Below are positions 29,601 to 38,743 of a stretch of 60,617 nt of DNA, piece by piece; within the stretch, counting starts at the first letter, position 1, and the number at the start of each line of letters is the position of its first letter. The translations under genes were made by a program, and so were the position numbers. The notes under the pieces were generated by a model. That model saw only the letters and a list, made by a program, of their open reading frames with translations, made no database searches and had not been told where the DNA came from. Source of the DNA: an uncultured Lachnospiraceae bacterium (lineage in GTDB: Bacteria > Bacillota > Clostridia > Lachnospirales > Lachnospiraceae); the NCBI GenBank assembly GCA_904420225.1, contig CAJFUP010000048.1:1-60617 (forward strand), given 5' to 3'.

Positions 29601-31254
29601 AAAGGTATATCCCTGGATTGCCAAGACCCGTCATTCCACGCCTGGTGTCAGCCTGATTTCCCCGCCGCCTCATCATGATATTTACTCCATTGAGGATCTG
29701 GCACAGCTGATCTATGATTTGAAAAATGCCAACAAATATGCGGATATCTCTGTGAAGCTGGTGTCGGAGGCAGGAGTGGGAACCATCGCAGCCGGCGTGG
29801 CCAAGGCCGGCGCCCAGATCATTCTCATCGCCGGTTATGACGGCGGCACAGGCGCCGCGCCCAGAAGTTCCATTCACAATGCCGGTCTTCCCTGGGAGCT
29901 GGGGCTGGCGGAGGCCCATCAGACACTGCTGCAGAACGGACTGCGCAATCGGGTGCGCATCGAGACAGACGGAAAGCTCATGAGCGGCAGAGATGTGGCC
30001 GTGGCGGCCCTTTTGGGAGCCGAGGAATTCGGATTTGCCACCGTGCCGCTGGTGACCATGGGGTGCGTCATGATGCGGGTCTGCAACCTGGATACGTGTC
30101 CGGTGGGGGTGGCCACCCAGAACCCGGAGCTGAGAAAACGATTCCGCGGAAAACCGGAATATGTGGAAAACTTCATGCGTTTTGTGGCCCAGGAGCTGAG
30201 GGAATACATGGCGAAGCTGGGTGTCCGCTCTGTGGATGAGATGGTGGGACGCACGGATCTTTTGAAACTCTCGCCCCAGGCGCTGGAACCCCATCACGGG
30301 AAACTGGATCTGCGCGCCATTTTAAGGAATGATTATCCCAATGAGCGCGCCGTATTCGACCCCAAGGCGGTGTACGATTTCCAGCTGGAAAAAACACTGG
30401 ATGAAAAGGTACTGCTAAAGAGATGCAGCCGCTCCCTGGAAACAGGAGAGCCGGTGACAATTTCTCTGGAAGTGGGCAACACAGACCGGACATTCGGCAC
30501 CATTTTGGGTTCCGAGATCACCCGCCGCCACAAAGACGGTCTGCCGGAAGATACCATCCGCATTCTCTGCAAGGGGGCAGGCGGCCAGAGCTTCGGCGCG
30601 TTCATCCCCAGAGGACTGACCCTGGAGCTGGAGGGTGACTGCAATGACTACATGGGCAAGGGTCTTTCAGGAGGAAAACTGGTGGTCAAGACACCGGCCA
30701 AGGCGGCGTACCGCGCCGATGAAAACATCATCGTGGGAAATGTGGCTCTGTATGGCGCCACCAGCGGCACCGCCTTCATCAACGGCGTGGCGGGAGAGCG
30801 GTTTGCGGTGCGCAACTCCGGAGCCAATGCGGTGGTGGAAGGCGTGGGCGAGCACGGCTGTGAATACATGACCGGCGGCCGGGTGGTGGTCCTGGGAAAG
30901 ACAGGCAAAAACTTTGCCGCCGGCATGAGCGGGGGCATCGCCTACGTGCTGGATGAGGAAAATCAGCTGTATAAGAATCTCAATAAGGCCATGATCAGCA
31001 TTGAGAGGGTGGAAAACAAGTACGATGAGCAGGAACTGAAAGATTTGATCCGTGCCCATGTGGAAGCCACAGGTTCTGAGAAAGGCCGGGAAGTATTGGA
31101 GCATTTTCAGGAGTATGTGGCTAAATTCAAAAAGCTGATTCCCAAAGAATATAAAAAGATGATGGTACTGAGCGCCAAGATGGAGGAAAAAGGCCTCACA
31201 GGCGAGCAGGCACAAATGGAGGCCTTTTACGAGAGTATAGGGGAAAAACGCTGA
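26692..31254 (+). CDS. gltB: Glutamate synthase large subunit
   Basis: EHDNCGIG, HSRFSTNT, EPWDGPA, GAMSYGS, QGAKPGEGG, GCVMMRVCNLDTCPVG and GXGXG C-terminal repeats. Confidence 0.98.
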   Translation: MGDANRIKAMDKTNQPGLYRPAFEHDNCGIGAVVSIKGEKTHRAVTDALKIVENLEHRAGKDAEGKTGDGVGILLQISHKFFSKVCRNLGIPVGGEREYGIAQIFFPADELKRNQAKKMFEIIVEKEGLHLLGWREVPVYPEVLGQKARSCMPYIMQAFIGKPEDTEKGLDFDRRLYIARREFEQSTDNTYVVSMSSRTIVYKGMFLVGQLRTFFQDLQDPDYESAIAMVHSRFSTNTNPSWERAHPNRFMVHNGEINTIRGNADKMLAREENMESVHLKGQLHKVLPVINRDGSDSAMLDNTLEFLVMSGMDLPLAAMICIPEPWSNNDTISMEKREFYQYYATMMEPWDGPASILFSDGDVMGAVLDRNGLRPSRYYITSDDMLILSSEVGVLPVPEESILVKERLHPGKMLLVDTVKGRLIGDDELKESYARKQPYGEWLDSNLLELHDIKIPNERVEEYSPETRARLQKAFGYTYEQYRTSILSLARNGAESIGAMGADIPLAVLSEQHRPLFDYFKQMFAQVTNPPIDAIREKIVTSTTVYVGKDGNLLEEKPENCQVLKINNPILTNTDMLKIKKMSYPGFKVAVVSILYYKSTKLKRAVDRLFVEVDKAYRDGANILVLSDRGVDENHMAIPSLLAVSAVHQHLVKTKKRTSLGIILESGEPREVHHFATLLGYGACAVNPYLAQETIRELIDNRMLDKDYYAAVNDYNNGILDGIVKIASKMGISTIQSYQGSQIFEAVGISDSVIREYFTGTVSRVGGITLEDIEEEVDRLHSQAFDPLGLTNDLTLNSMGIHKMRSEGEKHRYNPGTIHLLQESTKRGDYGMFKEYTRLVDEENTGNLRSLFDFAFAKTPVPLEEVEPVESIVKRFKTGAMSYGSISKEAHETLAIAMNHLHGKSNTGEGGESEERLDSAGTDNDRCSAIKQVASGRFGVTSRYLVSAKEIQIKMAQGAKPGEGGHLPAKKVYPWIAKTRHSTPGVSLISPPPHHDIYSIEDLAQLIYDLKNANKYADISVKLVSEAGVGTIAAGVAKAGAQIILIAGYDGGTGAAPRSSIHNAGLPWELGLAEAHQTLLQNGLRNRVRIETDGKLMSGRDVAVAALLGAEEFGFATVPLVTMGCVMMRVCNLDTCPVGVATQNPELRKRFRGKPEYVENFMRFVAQELREYMAKLGVRSVDEMVGRTDLLKLSPQALEPHHGKLDLRAILRNDYPNERAVFDPKAVYDFQLEKTLDEKVLLKRCSRSLETGEPVTISLEVGNTDRTFGTILGSEITRRHKDGLPEDTIRILCKGAGGQSFGAFIPRGLTLELEGDCNDYMGKGLSGGKLVVKTPAKAAYRADENIIVGNVALYGATSGTAFINGVAGERFAVRNSGANAVVEGVGEHGCEYMTGGRVVVLGKTGKNFAAGMSGGIAYVLDEENQLYKNLNKAMISIERVENKYDEQELKDLIRAHVEATGSEKGREVLEHFQEYVAKFKKLIPKEYKKMMVLSAKMEEKGLTGEQAQMEAFYESIGEKR

Positions 31255-31269
31255 CAAGGAGGAAGTAGC

Positions 31270-32751
31270 ATGGGAAAACCAACAGGATTTTTGGAATATG
31301 AAAGAGAAACGGCTCCGGCGGAGACGCCGAAACAGAGGATTGGCCATTTCCGTGAGTTTCGGACTCCTTTGAATTTGGAAAAACAGCAGCGTCAGGGTGC
31401 CAGATGCATGGCCTGCGGCGTGCCGTTCTGTCAGTATGGTCAGATGATTGGCGGCATGGTATCCGGCTGTCCCCTGCACAATCTGGTGCCGGAGATGAAC
31501 GATTTGGTGTATACGGGAAACTGGAAGGAAGCATATATGCGTCTGTCCAAGACCCACTGCTTTCCGGAATTCACTTCCCGGGTCTGCCCGGCCCTGTGTG
31601 AGGCGGCCTGTACCTGCAGCCTCAACGGGGACGCAGTGTCCACCAAGGAAAATGAGCGGGCCGTGATAGAGAAAGCGTTTCAGGAGGGCTGGGTGACGCC
31701 CCAGCCGCCCAAAGTACGGACGGGGAAAAAAGTAGCCGTGGTGGGAAGCGGGCCTGCTGGCCTGGCGGCAGCCATGCTTTTAAACCGTCGGGGCCATGAA
31801 GTGACGGTGTTTGAGAGAAGTGACCGTGTGGGAGGCCTGCTGCGCTATGGCATCCCCAACATGAAGTTGGAAAAATCCGTGCTGGATCGCCGTATTCATC
31901 TGTTGGAGGAGGAAGGTGTCCGTTTCCAGACCGGTGTGGATGTGGGACGGGATAAAAAGGCGGCAGAGCTTTTAAAGGAGTATGACCGGGTGCTGTTGGC
32001 CTGTGGAGCGTCCAATCCCAGAGATCTGAAACTGCCGGGCAGAGACGCGGCGGGAATTTATTTTGCCGTGGATTTTCTTGGGCAGGTGACCAAGGCACTG
32101 CTGGACAGCGATTTTAAAAATCCGCCGTACGCCCTGGCCAAGGGCAAGCAGGTTTTGGTCATCGGCGGCGGCGATACGGGAAATGACTGTGTGGCCACTG
32201 CCATTCGTCTGGGGGCCAAATCCGTGGTCCAGCTGGAGATGATGCCCCAGCCGCCCCAGAGCCGGGCCGAGTCCAACCCGTGGCCGGAGTGGCCCAGAGT
32301 GCTGAAAACTGATTACGGTCAGGAAGAAGCCATTGCTGTATTTGGAAAGGACCCCAGAGTATACCAGACCACGGTGACGGAATTTTTGAAAGACAAAAAA
32401 GGGCATGTGTCCAAAGCAAAACTCGTCCATCTGGAACCCAAAAAGGATGAGGCCACGGGCCGTGTGCAGATGGTGCCGGTGGAGGGAAGCGAGCAGGTGG
32501 TGGGAGCCGATTTGGTGTTGATCGCGGCAGGCTTTTTGGGCAGTGAAAAATATGTGACCGATGCCTTCGGTCTGGAACTGGACAACCGCACCAATGTGAA
32601 GACCCGAGAGCCGTATCAGACTTCGGTGGGGCGCGTGTTCGCGGCGGGAGACATGAGAAGAGGCCAGTCTCTGATCGTATGGGCTATCCGGGAGGGCGAG
32701 GAAGCCGCCCGGGCCGTGGATCAGTCGCTGATGGGATATACGAATCTTTAG
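31270..32751 (+). CDS. gltD: Glutamate synthase small subunit
   Basis: MGKPTGFLEY, RCMACGVPFC, GSGPAGLAAA, GGGDTGNDC and AAGDMRRGQSL motifs. Confidence 0.98.
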   Translation: MGKPTGFLEYERETAPAETPKQRIGHFREFRTPLNLEKQQRQGARCMACGVPFCQYGQMIGGMVSGCPLHNLVPEMNDLVYTGNWKEAYMRLSKTHCFPEFTSRVCPALCEAACTCSLNGDAVSTKENERAVIEKAFQEGWVTPQPPKVRTGKKVAVVGSGPAGLAAAMLLNRRGHEVTVFERSDRVGGLLRYGIPNMKLEKSVLDRRIHLLEEEGVRFQTGVDVGRDKKAAELLKEYDRVLLACGASNPRDLKLPGRDAAGIYFAVDFLGQVTKALLDSDFKNPPYALAKGKQVLVIGGGDTGNDCVATAIRLGAKSVVQLEMMPQPPQSRAESNPWPEWPRVLKTDYGQEEAIAVFGKDPRVYQTTVTEFLKDKKGHVSKAKLVHLEPKKDEATGRVQMVPVEGSEQVVGADLVLIAAGFLGSEKYVTDAFGLELDNRTNVKTREPYQTSVGRVFAAGDMRRGQSLIVWAIREGEEAARAVDQSLMGYTNL

Positions 32752-32765
32752 AAGGAGAGAAGGTT

Positions 32766-33860
32766 ATGAAAGCATTTCTGATTTTGGAGAATGGCCGGGT
32801 CTTTTCTGGTGAAAGCATCGGCGCGGAAAGAGAAACCATCAGTGAGATTGTATTCAACACATCCATGACCGGTTACCTGGAAGTGATGACCGATCCGTCC
32901 TATGCCGGTCAGGCGGTATGCATGACGTATCCCCTGATTGGCAACTATGGAATTTGTCCGGAGGATGCGGAATCGGACCGCCCGTGGATCAGCGGATTTC
33001 TGGTACGGGAGCTTTCCCGGATTCCCAGCAACTTTAGAAGCAGGGAATCCATCCAGGCTTATCTGGTGCGGCATGGGATCCCCGGAATGCAGGGACTGGA
33101 CACCAGGGCCCTCACCTGTTTGCTTCGGGAGGCCGGTACCATGAATGGAATGATCACCACAAATCCCGCCTTTGATCTGGAAGATGCGCTGCGACGGATC
33201 CACACCTATCGGGTGGAACGGGCTGTGGAGCGGGTCACCTGCTCCAAGCCGTACACCCTGCCGGGAAGCGGATACCGGGTGGCTCTCCTGGATCTGGGAG
33301 CCAAGAGAAACATTGCCCGATCCCTGGAAAAACTGGGCTGCCAGGTTACCGTATATCCGGCCTTTACCAAGGCCCGCACCATTTTGGACGATGAGCCCGA
33401 CGGCATCCTGTTGTCCAATGGACCGGGGGATCCCAAGGAATGCGGGCCCATCATAGAACAGCTGAAGATCTTATATGAATCAGAAGTGCCCATACTGGCC
33501 ATCTGTCTGGGGCACCAGCTCATGGCTTTGGCCATGGGCGGGGATACCCATCGGCTGAAATACGGCCACAGAGGAGGCAATCATCCTGTGAAAAATCTGG
33601 AAACGGGTCGGGTATCCATCACTTCCCAGAATCACGGCTATGTGGTGGATGCGTCCCGGATGGATCCTTCCGTGGCGGTACCTGCTTTTGTCAATGTCAA
33701 CGACGGAACCAATGAAGGCATCCGGTATGTGGGAAAAAAGATACTCACCGTCCAGTTTCATCCAGAGGCCTGTCCGGGTCCTCAGGATTCCTCGTACCTG
33801 TTTGCAACATTTCTTGAGATGATGGGAGGAGAAAACCATGCCGAAAAATCCGAATATTAA
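32766..33860 (+). CDS. carA: Carbamoyl-phosphate synthase small subunit
   Basis: EIVFNTSMTGY, TDPSYAGQ, LSNGPGDP, ICLGHQL and VQFHPEA motifs. Confidence 0.97.
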   Translation: MKAFLILENGRVFSGESIGAERETISEIVFNTSMTGYLEVMTDPSYAGQAVCMTYPLIGNYGICPEDAESDRPWISGFLVRELSRIPSNFRSRESIQAYLVRHGIPGMQGLDTRALTCLLREAGTMNGMITTNPAFDLEDALRRIHTYRVERAVERVTCSKPYTLPGSGYRVALLDLGAKRNIARSLEKLGCQVTVYPAFTKARTILDDEPDGILLSNGPGDPKECGPIIEQLKILYESEVPILAICLGHQLMALAMGGDTHRLKYGHRGGNHPVKNLETGRVSITSQNHGYVVDASRMDPSVAVPAFVNVNDGTNEGIRYVGKKILTVQFHPEACPGPQDSSYLFATFLEMMGGENHAEKSEY

Positions 33861-36800
33861 AAAAGTACTGATGCTGGGAAGCGGCCCCATTGTCATCGGA
33901 CAGGCGGCCGAGTTTGACTATGCCGGAACCCAGGCCTGCCGTGCCCTGAAGGAAGAGGGGATCGAAGTGGTTCTCTTAAATTCCAATCCCGCCACCATTA
34001 TGACGGATAAGGACATTGCGGACAGGGTATACATTGAACCTCTCACCATTGAGGTGGTGGAGCAGCTGATTGACAAAGAAAAGCCCGACAGCGTGCTGCC
34101 GACTTTGGGAGGACAGGCCGGGCTGAACCTGGCCATGGAGCTGGAGGAAAAAGGATTTTTGGAAAGCCGCGGCGTACGCCTCATCGGAACGACAGCCGCC
34201 ACCATAAAAAAAGCGGAGGACAGACAGGAATTCAAGGACACCATGGAAAAGATCGGTGAGCCTGTGGCTGCCTCCATGGTGGTGACCGATGTGGAGCATG
34301 GCCGCCTTTTTGCGGAACAGATTGGTTATCCTGTGGTGCTGCGCCCGGCGTATACCCTGGGCGGCAGCGGCGGCGGCATTGCCCATAATGCGCAGGAGCT
34401 GGAAGAAATTCTGGCCAATGGTCTGCGTCTGTCCCGGGTGGGAGAGGTGCTGGTGGAGCGCTGCATTGCCGGATGGAAAGAGATCGAATATGAGGTCATG
34501 CGGGATGGAGTTGGCAACTGCATTACCGTCTGCAATATGGAAAACATCGATCCGGTGGGCGTCCACACCGGGGACAGCATGGTGGTGGCGCCTTCCCAGA
34601 CCCTGGGGGATAAGGAATACCAGATGCTGCGCAGTTCAGCGCTGAACATCATCACAGAGCTGGGTATCACCGGCGGCTGCAATGTGCAGTACGCGCTGAA
34701 TCCCCACAGCTTTGAGTATTGTGTTATCGAGGTTAATCCCAGGGTCAGCCGTTCCTCAGCTCTGGCCAGCAAAGCCACCGGCTATCCCATAGCCAGGGTG
34801 GCAGCCAAAATCGCCCTGGGATATACGCTGGACGAGATCAAAAATGCCGTGACGGGAAAGACGTATGCCAGCTTTGAACCCATGCTGGACTACTGTGTGG
34901 TGAAGCTGCCGCGCCTTCCCTTCGATAAATTTATCCATGCCAAGAGAACGCTGACCACGCAGATGAAAGCCACAGGGGAGGTCATGAGCATCTGTATGAA
35001 TTTCGAGGGGGCTTTGATGAAAGCCATACGCTCTCTGGAACAGCACACAGACAGCCTTTTGTCCTATGATTTTTCCGGATTGTCAGAACAGGAACTGAAA
35101 AAACAGCTGTGGACGGTGGATGATCTGCGGCTGTGGAGAATTGCCGAAGCGCTGCGCCGGGGCATGGGACTGGAGGAAATCCATGCCTGCACCAAGATTG
35201 ACATCTGGTTTTTGGATAAAATCGCCGCGTTGGTGGAGATGGAACAGAGACTTCAGTCTGAGGAGTTGACAGAGGCGTGCCTGCGGGAAGCCAAGCGGAT
35301 GGAGTTTCCCGATACGGTCATCGCCCGTCTCACGGGAACGGATGTGGGGACCATAAAAAAGCTGCGCCGTCAGTGGGGCATTGAGGCCTCGTATCGGATG
35401 GTGGACACCTGTGCCGCCGAGTTTGCGGCGGAGTCGGCATATTATTATTCGGTGTACGGCGGGGAAAATGAGGTGGTTCCCACAGAGGGCAAAAAGAAGG
35501 TGCTCATCCTGGGAAGCGGTCCCATCCGCATCGGCCAGGGCATCGAATTTGACTTCTGCAGTGTGCACTGTGCCTGGGCCTTTGAAAAAGAGGGATATGA
35601 AACCATCATTGTCAACAACAACCCGGAGACGGTCAGCACGGATTTTGATATTGCCAGCCGTCTTTACTTTGAACCGCTGACCAGGGAGGATGTGGAAAAC
35701 ATCGTTCGCCTGGAAAAACCGGACGGAGCAGTGGTCCAGTTCGGCGGTCAGACCGCCATCAAATTGACCAAGGATCTCATGGAAATGGGTGTGCCCATTC
35801 TGGGAACCTCCGCCGACGACGTGGACGCCGCGGAGGATCGGGAGCGGTTCGACGAGATCCTGGAGCAGTGCCGGATTCCCAGACCCAAGGGAGAAACCGT
35901 ATTCAGTGTGGAGGAGGCTAAGCAGGCTGCGGCCAATCTGGGCTACCCCGTTTTGGTGCGCCCGTCCTATGTGCTGGGCGGTCAGGGCATGCAGATCGCC
36001 ATTGATGATGAAGATGTGGAACAGTATATCGGCGTCATCAATCGCATCGCCCAGGAACATCCCATCCTGGTGGATAAGTATCTCAAGGGAAAGGAGATTG
36101 AGGTGGATGCCGTCTGCGACGGGGAGGACATCCTGATCCCGGGTATTATGGAGCACATTGAGCGGGCCGGCATTCACTCCGGGGACAGCATCTCAGTCTA
36201 CCCCGCCCGCTCCCTGAGCGTTCATGTGGAGAGAACCATAGAAGAGTACACAGAAAGGCTGGCCAAAGCCCTTCATGTAAAAGGACTCATTAACATTCAG
36301 TTCATTGTCTGCGGGGAAGATGTGTACGTCATCGAGGTGAATCCAAGATCCAGCCGTACCGTTCCCTATATCAGCAAAGTGACAGGCATCCCCATTGTGC
36401 CCCTGGCGTCTCGGGTGATTTTGGGAGAGACGTTAAAGGGAATGGGATATCACCCGGGGCTTCAGCCCAGGTCCCGTTATTGGGCCATCAAAATGCCGGT
36501 GTTTTCCTTCGAAAAAATCCGCGGCGCAGATGTGAATGTGGGGCCGGAGATGAAATCCACAGGTGAGTGCCTGGGAATCGCGGATACCTTTACGGAGGCC
36601 CTGTATAAGGCATTTTTAGGCGCTGGAATTCGGCTGCCCCGCCACAAAAATATGGTGATCACTGTCCGCGATGAGGATCAGCAGGAAGTGATTCCCATTG
36701 CCCGTGTGTTTGCCCAGATGGGATACACCATCTATGCCACCAGCGGTACAGCCCGGGCGCTGGAAGCTGCCGGGCTGAAGGTGAAGCGGGTGAGAAAAAT

Positions 36801-37056
36801 GGAAGATCCATCTCCCAACCTGCTGGATCTGATTTTGGAGCATCATTTGGATTTGATCATTGACATTCCCCACCAGGGAGCGGAACATTCCCAGGACGGC
36901 TTTTTGATCCGGCGCAATGCCATAGAGACCGGCGTCCATGTCATCACGGCTCTGGATACGGCCAGGGCATTGGCCCAGAGTATGCAGTCAGCCGCAAAAG
37001 AAAGTCTTTCCCTGGTGGATATCGGCACCATAGCGGAGCCGTGCTATCCCCAATGA
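33838..37056 (+). CDS. carB: Carbamoyl-phosphate synthase large subunit
   Basis: GSGPIVIGQAAEFDYAG, duplicated ATP-grasp halves, EVNPRVSRSS / EVNPRSSRT, C-terminal MGS-like domain. Confidence 0.98.
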   Translation: MPKNPNIKKVLMLGSGPIVIGQAAEFDYAGTQACRALKEEGIEVVLLNSNPATIMTDKDIADRVYIEPLTIEVVEQLIDKEKPDSVLPTLGGQAGLNLAMELEEKGFLESRGVRLIGTTAATIKKAEDRQEFKDTMEKIGEPVAASMVVTDVEHGRLFAEQIGYPVVLRPAYTLGGSGGGIAHNAQELEEILANGLRLSRVGEVLVERCIAGWKEIEYEVMRDGVGNCITVCNMENIDPVGVHTGDSMVVAPSQTLGDKEYQMLRSSALNIITELGITGGCNVQYALNPHSFEYCVIEVNPRVSRSSALASKATGYPIARVAAKIALGYTLDEIKNAVTGKTYASFEPMLDYCVVKLPRLPFDKFIHAKRTLTTQMKATGEVMSICMNFEGALMKAIRSLEQHTDSLLSYDFSGLSEQELKKQLWTVDDLRLWRIAEALRRGMGLEEIHACTKIDIWFLDKIAALVEMEQRLQSEELTEACLREAKRMEFPDTVIARLTGTDVGTIKKLRRQWGIEASYRMVDTCAAEFAAESAYYYSVYGGENEVVPTEGKKKVLILGSGPIRIGQGIEFDFCSVHCAWAFEKEGYETIIVNNNPETVSTDFDIASRLYFEPLTREDVENIVRLEKPDGAVVQFGGQTAIKLTKDLMEMGVPILGTSADDVDAAEDRERFDEILEQCRIPRPKGETVFSVEEAKQAAANLGYPVLVRPSYVLGGQGMQIAIDDEDVEQYIGVINRIAQEHPILVDKYLKGKEIEVDAVCDGEDILIPGIMEHIERAGIHSGDSISVYPARSLSVHVERTIEEYTERLAKALHVKGLINIQFIVCGEDVYVIEVNPRSSRTVPYISKVTGIPIVPLASRVILGETLKGMGYHPGLQPRSRYWAIKMPVFSFEKIRGADVNVGPEMKSTGECLGIADTFTEALYKAFLGAGIRLPRHKNMVITVRDEDQQEVIPIARVFAQMGYTIYATSGTARALEAAGLKVKRVRKMEDPSPNLLDLILEHHLDLIIDIPHQGAEHSQDGFLIRRNAIETGVHVITALDTARALAQSMQSAAKESLSLVDIGTIAEPCYPQ

Positions 37057-37127
37057 AGCTCCCAGCGTTGCTGTTTATCTGTGAATGAGGTATCTGTGAA
37101 TGAAGCGTGAAATTGGAAAAACCTATC

Positions 37128-37216
37128 TTGACAAGGGAACAGAGTCACTGCTATAATAAAAAGCGTGAACAAAGGCGTTTTCTCGTGGGGATTGCTTCCC
37201 TGGGGGACGCCTTTTT
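37128..37216 (+). promoter_or_regulatory. glnA promoter and ANTAR hairpin/terminator leader
   Basis: TTGACA 37128-37133; extended TGcTATAAT 37149-37157; GAAC-AAAGGC-GTTT hairpin 37167-37180 overlapping terminator ending GACGCCTTTTT. Confidence 0.85.
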
Positions 37217-37355
37217 GCGTTCCTGCGGCCGCTGTCGGACGCCACGGCGTTGCGCCGTCGGATGTGCGGCAGGGAGGCGGGATAAGAAAGCTGGCAGAAT
37301 GTGTTTGCCGCAGGCGATTCAGGTGCGGCAGATGGCCGTGAAAGAGAGGAAGATT

Positions 37356-38669
37356 ATGGAACAGCTGACAAAGAAAGATGTATTGCGTTTGGTGGAAGAG
37401 GATGACGTAGAGTTTATCCGTCTGCAGTTCACCGATATGTTTGGCATATTAAAAAATATTGCGGTTACAGCCAGGGAGCTTCCCAAGGCGCTGAATAATG
37501 AGTGTATCATCGACGGAAGTTTCATCGACGGAATGGAAGGAGAAGAGGTGACGGATATGTATTTGCATCCGGATCCCAGTACGTTTGCCATTTTGCCGTG
37601 GCGTCCTCAACAGGGGAAGGTGGCCAGGCTTTTGTGTGATATCTACCGTCCGGATCAGACGCCGTATCCCATCAGCTCTCGGTATGTGTTGGAGAGGGTG
37701 TATCAGGAGGCAAAGGAAATGGGATATGATATCCTGGTGGATCCGGAGTGTGAATTTTTCCTGTTTCACACTGATGACGACGGGATGCCCACCACAGTTA
37801 CCCATGAACGGGCAGGGTATCTGGACTTAAGCCCAGTGGATCTGGGAGAGAATGCCAGGCGGGATATTGTGCTGGCTTTGGAGGACATGGGATTTGATAT
37901 CACTTCGTCTCATCACGAGATTGCGCCGGCACAGCATGAGATTGATTTTGACTATGCCCCGGCAGACAGAATGGCGGATCAGATCATGACCTTTAAGATG
38001 GCTGTCCGCACCATTGCCAGACGTCATGGACTCCATGCCACCTTTATGCCCAAACCGCTGGTTAATGTCAATGGATCCGGCATGCATCTTAACCTGGCCG
38101 TGTACAAGAACGGAAAAAATATCCTGCAAAAAGAGGAGGATACGCTGGGCTTAAGCAGGGAAGGATATTATTTCATGGGGGGGCTGTTGGCTCACAGCAA
38201 AGAAATGGCTGCTGTCACCAATCCCTTGGTCAACTCTTATAAACGTTTGGTGCCCGGGTTTGAGGCCCCCACGGAAGTGACTTGGTCCCAGGGAGATAAG
38301 AGTTCTCTGATTCGTCTGCCCATGGGCAGAGGCAAAGATACCAAGATTGAGCTGAGAAGTCCCGATGCTGCGGCCAATCCTTATCTGGTATTTGCCGCCT
38401 GCATCGCCGCCGGACTCCATGGCATAAAAAACAAAATTGACCCGGAGTGCTTTTACAAAAAGAAGGCCGCAGAGGAGGGAAAGACATTTGAGCTTCTGCC
38501 CAGAACGCTTAAGGAAGCCATTGATTTAATGGAACAAAGTCAGTGGATGCGCAGACTTTTGGGAGATCAATTTTTTGACCAGTATCTGGCAGCCAAGAAA
38601 AAGGAATGGGAGACGTACTCCAGGCAGGTTTCCAATTGGGAACTGGAAGAATATTTATATCGGTTCTAA
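37356..38669 (+). CDS. glnA: Type I glutamine synthetase-like protein (divergent active-site motifs)
   Basis: FIRLQFTD, PECEFFLF, HHEIAPAQHEIDF, FMPKP...NGSGMH, NSYKRLVPGFEAP and IELRSPD...NPYL motifs; but IIDGSF/GMEGEEVTDM and GDKSS replace the usual MFDGSS/GFVRIEESDM and NRS. Confidence 0.85.
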   Translation: MEQLTKKDVLRLVEEDDVEFIRLQFTDMFGILKNIAVTARELPKALNNECIIDGSFIDGMEGEEVTDMYLHPDPSTFAILPWRPQQGKVARLLCDIYRPDQTPYPISSRYVLERVYQEAKEMGYDILVDPECEFFLFHTDDDGMPTTVTHERAGYLDLSPVDLGENARRDIVLALEDMGFDITSSHHEIAPAQHEIDFDYAPADRMADQIMTFKMAVRTIARRHGLHATFMPKPLVNVNGSGMHLNLAVYKNGKNILQKEEDTLGLSREGYYFMGGLLAHSKEMAAVTNPLVNSYKRLVPGFEAPTEVTWSQGDKSSLIRLPMGRGKDTKIELRSPDAAANPYLVFAACIAAGLHGIKNKIDPECFYKKKAAEEGKTFELLPRTLKEAIDLMEQSQWMRRLLGDQFFDQYLAAKKKEWETYSRQVSNWELEEYLYRF

Positions 38670-38743
38670 CCATGGCCCCAGATATGGAACGAGTACAGCG
38701 GCTCAAGGGCCAAAGCAGCAGGAAATGAAAAGGGGTGCATGGC

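Noticed and set aside
37107-37355. N-terminal extension of glnA in the ORF track (likewise purF 23217, pyrG 24940, deoB 7803, apt 8170)
   Set aside because: The extensions run through promoter or leader DNA; family homology begins at the downstream ATGs, most with an RBS.
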